This document shows, in pieces, positions 56,759-64,000 of a stretch of 64,000 nucleotides of DNA. Every line of letters starts with the position of its first letter. The stretch's first letter is position 1. The DNA is from Dictyostelium discoideum (taxonomy: Eukaryota), in contig CM000151.3 of assembly GCA_000004695.1 (NCBI GenBank), positions 1,440,001-1,504,000 on the forward strand. Reading direction: 5' to 3'. The notes beneath the pieces were generated by a model. The model saw only the letters and a program-made list of their open reading frames with translations. It did not search any database and was not told where the DNA came from. The position numbers were made by a program, and so were the translations under genes.

Positions 56759-59700
56759 TTAATAGTTTAGGTGAAGTGGCTGCATCATTTTGTTCTGGTA
56801 TGATAGATTTAGAAACATGTTGTAAAATAGTTTATGTTAGAAGTACTTTACAAGATTCACTTGTTGGATTTGGTAAAATGTTATCTGTAACAATTACTAA
56901 AGAAGAATATAATAAAAATTATTTATCACAATTCCCTTCATTAGGAATTGCATGTTTTAATTCAAATAATTCAATTGTAATTTCTGGTAATGAACAAGAT
57001 TTAATTAAATTATCAAATCAATTAAAATCAAATTCAAAACCAAATTTATTTTTAGGTGCAAATGTCTCATATCATTCTTAAAGTCAAATTAAAATTAAAA
57101 ATGAAATGATTTCTGGTATTGGTCAGTATAAAAGTAATGAAGCAGTAACTCCAATAATTTCAACTTTAACATGTGAATTTTTTAATCCAACTCGACATCC
57201 ATTTAATGCTGAAAATAATTTTAAAAGTTCAAAATCACCTGTTTACTTTAAAGGAGCAATTGAAAGTTTATATAAACATATTGAAGATAATAATATTGGT
57301 AGTGGTGCAGTAACATTTGTTGAAATTCCTCCTCATCCAGTTTTATCATTTTATTTAAATGAATTAAAACCACAAAATTCAAATCATTTTTCACCAGATT
57401 CAATTTCAATTTTACCAACATTAAATAGAAAAAAAAATGATATAAAAGAAATTCAAAAAACTGTTTCAACTTTATATTGTCAAGGTTGTAATGTTAATTT
57501 TAAATCTCAATTCAATGGTATCAATAATATGAATGGTATAATTAACGTAAATAAAATATAATCAAAAGATTTACAAGATATCAATGGGATTTACAAAATT
57601 ATTGGAATGAAACATATGAAGCTTATTTGAATAAAATTAATGGTCCACCAATTACAATCTTGGGAAATTCAAATAGTTTAACCTCACCTTTAATTTCAAT
57701 GACAACTTTAAATGATATTTCAAAAGAACCATTCCATTGATCATGTTGTAAACGGTAAATTTTATTTCCCAGGTTGTGGTTATATAGATAATATTTTAAA
57801 TCTTTACCCAAACCAAGATTTATTAATTGAATATTTAGAATTTAAACTTCCATTTATTTTAAAAGAAAACAAAAATTTTGAAATGACAACAAATATAACT
57901 CAAACTGCACCAAATCAAAATAATGTTTATTTTCATATTAAAGATCAAAAAACAAATCAATGGGTTCAAAGTTCAAGAGGTAATTTTTCAGTTTTTAAAA
58001 AACAATTTTCCAATTCTCCCCGACCAACAATAAATAAATACAATATTAAATCATTGAAATTAGAACATAACTATAGTCATTTGTTAAAATCAGATTTTTA
58101 TGATTATGTAAAAAAAATTACAGGAATTAATTTCAAAGGTTGTTTCCAACGTGTTCAAGAATGCTGGATTGGAGAAAATTATTCTATTTTGGTTAAAATT
58201 TCAACTAATAATTTATTATCAGTTCATGATAACAAAGTATTTTTAAACCCATCAATAATTGATAATTGTTTACAAGGATTTTTTGTATCATCATTTATTG
58301 ATCCAAGTGTTGCTGTATTTGATAGAATTGAACATTTAAAAATTTATTCTTCAAATATTCCAAATGTTTCATCAAAGTTTAATGATGAAGAAACTTTTAT
58401 TTATGCAATTGCTAAAAATAATACAGATAGTAGTTTACCAAGTAATTCATTTAGTGGTTCAGTTGTTGCATTTTCAGAGAATGGTCAAATAATATTAGAA
58501 TCAAAAAATGTTATTGGTACATCATTAGTACCAGTTACTGATTGTACTATACCAGAATATCCAACTGAAGATTTTTTTTCATTTATTCTGGAGCCAATTG
58601 ATTCACAAATTTCAATAACACTTCCAAATCAATCAGTTAATGAGTTTGAAAATGAAAAGAACTCTCAACTAATCGATAGTTCAATCTATAAAAAGATGAT
58701 TTCAAATTTATTATTTAATAATCTAAAATTAAGACTTTCAAACCAAATTTCAAAAGAATTATTATTTAACAATTCTGTTGATCAATTATTAAAATTATTT
58801 TTAAACAAAGCCAATTCAAAATATTCAAGATTATTACATTTTGTTTTTGATACATTAAAAGTATCGATAGATGATTTGGATGAAATTAAATGTGATTTTA
58901 CAGGTTCAAGTGAACAATTATTATTTTCAAAATCATCAAAAATCATTTTAAAATTATTATTCCCAAGACCAAACATGATGATGAAAATCAAGATACACCT
59001 CAATCATTATTAGATAGTGGATTAATTGATAATTTATTTTCAAAATTAAATTTTGATATTTATTCATTATCAATTGCAAAAAAAATAATTTAATCAATTA
59101 AACCACTTTTGGACAACCAAACATTAAATTTTGAAAGTTCTTTCCAATCATAATCATTTAAACCATCTTATTATGATATTATTGCATTATCAAATGTTTT
59201 ACATGTAAATGATATTCAATTTAGTATCGAGCAAATTAATGGATTATTAAAATCAAATGGTGATCTATTATTTATAGAAATACCAAAATCAATAATTTAT
59301 TATATAACATTTGTTAGTTTTGAACAATGGTGGATTTTTTCTGATTACAACATTAGAAATGATAGATGTTGTATGGATGCAGATAATTGGGTAAAAATAT
59401 AATCAGTAAATGGTTTTAAAAATTCAATAATATCAAGTTCAAATAATTCATCACTTCCATTTATAATTCAAACTAAAAAACAAGAATTATTATTTGAACC
59501 AATTAACCAACATATGGATTTTGATATTATTTTATATACTGGCAATAGTAATGAAAATTCAAAAATTAATGATTTTATTAGTTTAATGAAAAATGAATTG
59601 TTTTTAAATAATAATGGTAAAATTAATATAATAAAAACAATTAAAGAACTTAAAAATCAAAAAATTCAAGATGAAATCAAATCAATTATTTTTTTTTTAC

Positions 59701-60320
59701 CATCAATTTTACCATTGGAAATGAATAATTATAATGAAACCTCATTGAAATTATTTGAAATGGGTCAATTCTTAATTGATAATAATAAAACTAAATGGAA
59801 AATTGTGGTAATTTCAGAAAATTCTCAATCAGAATCAATTAATTATTTAAATTCATCAGTTTTCGGTGTAATGAAATATTTTGAAAATACAAAAATCACT
59901 GTTTATTCGTTAGATTATGATAATCAATCAATTTCAAATATTGGTTAAATAAACAATTAATTCTTTAATATTAAATTCAAATAAACATATTCAAATAGAG
60001 TATATAATAAGGGAAAATAAAGTTTACTCGGAAAGATTGTATAGAGAATCTATTGATAAAACATTTTCAGTAAATTTCAACAATCAAATAAAAGAAAATA
60101 TATATGCAAAATTAAATACATCATTACAATATGAATCTAACTAACTTTAATATAATATAAATTTAAAGAATATGGCGCAGATAGTCTTCATGCTACAATC
60201 TTTAAAAATATGATTGAAAAACAATTCAACCAACTGAATATTTTAACAACTTCGCAAATCCAAACATTAACAATTAAATCAATAATTAAAATTAATGAAA
60301 AAGTAACAAAAAAAAAATAA
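54768..60320 (+). pseudogene. Decayed type I iterative polyketide synthase pseudogene. KS, AT, DH, a methyltransferase/KR-like region and ACP remnants remain, but the gene is broken by in-frame stops, frameshifts and large internal deletions.
   Basis: The KS region reads IAIIGVGFRLPGDNNELTELWKN*, with a TAA where a sense codon is expected. A frameshift sits near 55150. NRIS*CFD carries a TAA for Tyr at about 55265. The KS active site is DTACSSS and the His motifs are ECHGTGTPVGDPIE and NIGHTEAASG. GVTGSN is lost by a frameshift at about 56030. In the AT domain the GHSLGE motif spans a 97-nt intron (56669-56765). The DH motif is HVVNGKFYFPGCGYID, preceded by several stops (57545-57720). The ACP remnant is EYGADSLHATIF at about 60170. 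The whole locus is about 5.5 kb against the 8-9 kb of an intact Dictyostelium PKS. Confidence 0.75.
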
Positions 60321-60466
60321 AATAAAATAAAGTATCAATCTATATTATTTGTTATTATTTGGTTTTGTACAGATTTATTTATTATTTATTTATTTTATCT
60401 TTCAGTTTTTTTTTTTTTTTTTTTTGGTCTTTTTTTTTTTCACCATTTTTTTTTTTTTTTTTTATT

Positions 60467-62593
60467 TTATAACTCTACACTATCAATAAAAGAAGTTAAG
60501 AAAGAATAATAATTACTTTCAATTGGATTGATAATTTTAAATTTTGGAGAGTTTGAATATTGTGAATATTTTCTTGTGAAAAATAAAAGCATATCATTAT
60601 CTACTCTGTATTTTGTATTTTGATTGAAGCAATCTCTAACAGTTTTATCGACATCAACTGAAAAGTAATCTAAATCTGGTGGTGAGTAAATAGTTTGAGT
60701 TGAAGAACCAATATTTCTATTTTGATCGTCAACCATCGATGGATCATGGTACAACTCGATTGATTTCTTCCAATATGATTCAATACCGAATTTATAATTG
60801 AAATCTGTAACCAAAGAACGATCATTGTTTGAATTTGTCTTATCTTCAAATTCAGAGTTTAACTTTTGATTTGGATAAAAGAATGATCTTAGTGTAATCT
60901 TTTGATCTGCTGAAGAGAATTGTTGGTAATGATCATTTAAAAAGTTGTGAGCTGCTAATTTCAATTGGAAAAACTCTTGATAAAATGTATTCCAAACGAA
61001 AATCTCTTGAGAGAATCTTTTCAAAATCGTAAAAGCTACAGAAAAAACATGACCACCAAAATCTTTATTAAAATCCACTGCATATTGTAAATAATATTTC
61101 ATGAGTAATGGTGACATGAAAACACTAAAATTTTGAATCGAGATTACACCTCTACCATAATATTCTTCAATCTTTGGATATTTTGATTTTGCTTCTTTAT
61201 AATTATAACCTACAATCGATAAGAGAATTAAAAGTGGAATATCAGGATTATCAATTGGTAATAAAGAAACTGATTGTTGTGGTGATGTTGCTGCTGTTTG
61301 AATTAAATAACCCAACATTCTATTGGTAATATCATCCAATGGAATATTCTTTATATGAGTCTTTGGATTGTCAGATCTAATTTCATTGAGTACTATTGTG
61401 AATAATTCATTCAAACCTGATTGACCACCAATGAATTGTAAAACCCTATAGATATTTGGGTAATCATGAACGTTGAAACCATCGTCTGGTATTGAAAGTG
61501 GAGTAATACATTCATTCAAGTAATTGATATTATTATAAAAGTTTGGATTTGTTAATCTAAGGATTCTTGAATTTTCAAATACCAACTCACTTGGTAAAGC
61601 AAAACGACATGATACTGTTATAAAAATTCTAACATCATTGAATTTAATTTTTTGAAGTAATAATAATATATCAATTTCAGATTGTGGTAAATCATCAATT
61701 ATAATATGAATTAATGGTTTTTGTGATAAATTATCATTTTCTTTTTTCTTCTCTGAAATTTGTTGTGGTTGTTGCTCACTATCATTTATTTCAACATCAG
61801 TATCTAAATTCTTTTGTTGTGGTTGTAAACCAGTTATTTTTAAAACTAAATTATTAATTTCATTTTCTAAATTTGTTGAATAATTATCTTGATTAAATTT
61901 ATAATGCTGTTTTTTAATGAATGATAAAAATAATCTTTGATCATCATTTAATTTATCTACACCTAAACTATTACGCTCTAAATCCTGTTCGGTCTCTGGT
62001 TGAGGTTGATCATCCAATAATTCATCATCGTCATCATCTTGTTGTTGTTGTTGTTGTTGTTTCTCTAAAAATCTATCGATATATAAAAGTCTATGATAAA
62101 GAATTGTGTTTACACTATCATTATCCTCAAATGATGGAAAAATTGGCATCTCTTTAAATGATAATATGATCTTCTTTGGCTCATCAATCATTTTATCTCT
62201 TCTGAAATTAATATATTTTGAAGCAGCATGGGTCGATGAAACCTCTTGAAGATGTTCCTCCATTAATCTTGGATATGATGAATAACCACTCATAAATTCA
62301 TGTTTCATATGTTGAATGATTTTCTTGAATTTCTTTTTCTTTGCATTACTGTCATATTGATGATAGGCAACTATTGATGGTGTATCTTGAATTATATTTA
62401 AAAAATTACTATTTCTTTTTGAATCTGGTGAAATTACAAACATTATTGATTTGCCATACTTATTATCTTGTGTACAAAATCCTCTTTCAAATTCAATAAC
62501 TGATTCTGAAAGACCTAGCAATTGACGTTTAGTTTCATATTCTTTAAGTTTTGCATCAAATAATGGTTTTAGTTTAAATGATATTATTGAATT

Positions 62594-62624
<31 letters not shown>

Positions 62625-63040
62625 GATGATGGTAAATAATTATAGCTTGTTGGTGTATTAAATTCATTCTTTTGTTTCTTGTAACCATTATCTGCAATTC
62701 CCAATTGATTATTATTGCTATTGCTATTACTATTATTATTATTATTATTATTAATTTCCGCTTCATTTCTACTCATTAATGAATTGTTTGTATAACCATT
62801 TGTATCACGAATACCAGCGGTAATTTTATTACTTGAGTAATCTTTTTGTTGTTGTATTTGCTCTTCTTCCTTTTGTTTTCTTTGTGCACCACCAAATAAA
62901 ATTCTTTCTTGTTTTTCTTTTTCCACTGGTCCTTTTTTTAACATCCTCTTTAAATACACTAAACGAGTTTGTAATACCTGATCATCTCTATCAAATGTTG
63001 ATTCATCAAAAAATAATTGACCTTTATCTGCACCCTCCAT
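60467..63040 (-). CDS. Hypothetical protein of about 858 aa with poly-Gln/poly-Asn tracts and an acidic stretch
   Basis: A long intact ORF. The likely start is MEGADKGQLFFDESTF... (the second Met of the six-frame ORF). I saw no confident domain. Confidence 0.4.
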
Positions 63041-63230
63041 TTTTAATTTCTTTTTTCTAATTAATTTTAAATATTCAAAAATAAATATCATATTAATATT
63101 TTGTTATTCCATTACTAAATATATGAAATAATAATAATAAATAATAATAATAATAATAATAAATATATATATATATTTATTTATTTTTTCTATTTTATTT
63201 ATTATTAAAAAAAAAAAAATTAGAAATACA

Positions 63231-63261
<31 letters not shown>

Positions 63262-63628
63262 GAAACTAATCTTAAAAAAAAAAAAATGTTAATGAAAATA
63301 AAAAATGAATTTAAAAAATGTGTGTGATTCCACTATGAAATTAATTAAAAATAATAAAAAAAAAAAAATAATAAAAAAATTGAAAAAAAAAAAAATAAAA
63401 AATAAAAATTTAAAAAAAATAAAATTTTTAATTAGAAGAAAACAAGAAAAAAAAAAAAATTAAAAAAAAATAATTAAAAATAAAAAAAAAAATGAAAATG
63501 AAAAAAAAAAGATTTTCTTTTTTTTTTTTTTGATTGATTAATATTAAATTTTATTTTTTTTATTTTATTTTTTTTTTTTATTTTATTTTTTCAATTTTTT
63601 TTTTATTTTTTTTTTATTTTATTTCTTT

Positions 63629-63923
63629 TTATAAATATTCATTTACAAATTGTTTAACATTCTCTTCTTTTGCTAAATCTTCTTCTACTAAAGTTTTTGG
63701 TTTTGGGCCATCCTAAAAAAAAAAAAAAAAAAAAAAAATTATATTAAATAAAATAATGATGTTTAAATTATAAAATCCAGGGATTCCACGATGAAAAAAA
63801 AAATTTTTTAATTATTTTTTTAATAATTACCTTTGTTAAAAGCACAATTAAAGTTGGAATTGCTGTTAATTTTAATGTTGGATTTGTTCTATATGGATGA
63901 TTTGGGTTTCCACTTAAATCCAT
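63629..63923 (-). CDS. Small two-exon ORF of 58 aa (63831..63923 and 63629..63712) whose C-terminus looks like a thioredoxin-fold tail. It may be the 3' end of a gene that runs past the window edge.
   Basis: The product reads MDLSGNPNHPYRTNPTLKLTAIPTLIVLLTK|DGPKPKTLVEEDLAKEENVKQFVNEYL*. The donor is GTAATT and the acceptor is tttttag. The segment ...IPTL(L/I)V(L/F).KDG......G.....L..F resembles the end of the thioredoxin fold (cf. E. coli Trx [34 protein letters not shown]). No CxxC motif falls inside the window. Confidence 0.3.
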
Positions 63924-63959
63924 TTTTTTTTTTTTTTTTTTTTTTTTATCAGTACCCCC

Positions 63960-63998
<39 letters not shown>

Positions 63999-64000
63999 TA

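Overview
This window reads as Dictyostelium discoideum-type nuclear DNA. It is about 78% A+T, with homopolymer and (AAT)n/(CAA)n tracts that encode poly-Asn and poly-Gln, short AT-rich introns (GTAAGT...AG), and tRNA genes followed by an external B box. I found no prokaryotic-style system (no CRISPR array, operon or defence island), so the hunt is reported in eukaryotic terms.

The gene content is about 20 protein-coding genes. Nine can be assigned from motifs read directly in the six-frame translations:
- an atypical E2F with two winged-helix DNA-binding domains
- NDUFA9
- a 2245-aa class-V myosin that matches MyoJ
- a copine-A/vWA protein
- a mitochondrial ICT1-type GGQ peptidyl-tRNA hydrolase
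- an MRPL54-like protein
- a Rab2-like GTPase that lacks the C-terminal prenylation cysteines
- two paralogous VASt-domain lipid-transfer proteins, one of them a GRAM-VASt-TM protein of the Aster/Lam type

Two tRNA genes, Phe-GAA on the minus strand and Ile-AAU on the plus strand, each carry a downstream external B box. Each is followed by a tRNA-targeted non-LTR retrotransposon insertion of the TRE3 kind. One is a roughly 5.3 kb, frameshift-ridden near-full-length copy. The other is a 5'-truncated 1.3 kb fragment with an A-tail.

The window also contains:
- a heavily decayed type I polyketide synthase pseudogene (KS-AT-DH...ACP, broken by stops, frameshifts and deletions)
- several unexplained repeat clusters
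- a perfect 13-bp hairpin upstream of the E2F-like gene
- a GC-rich island

All calls rest on motif recognition in the supplied translations and on splice sites I derived by hand. No database searches were run.
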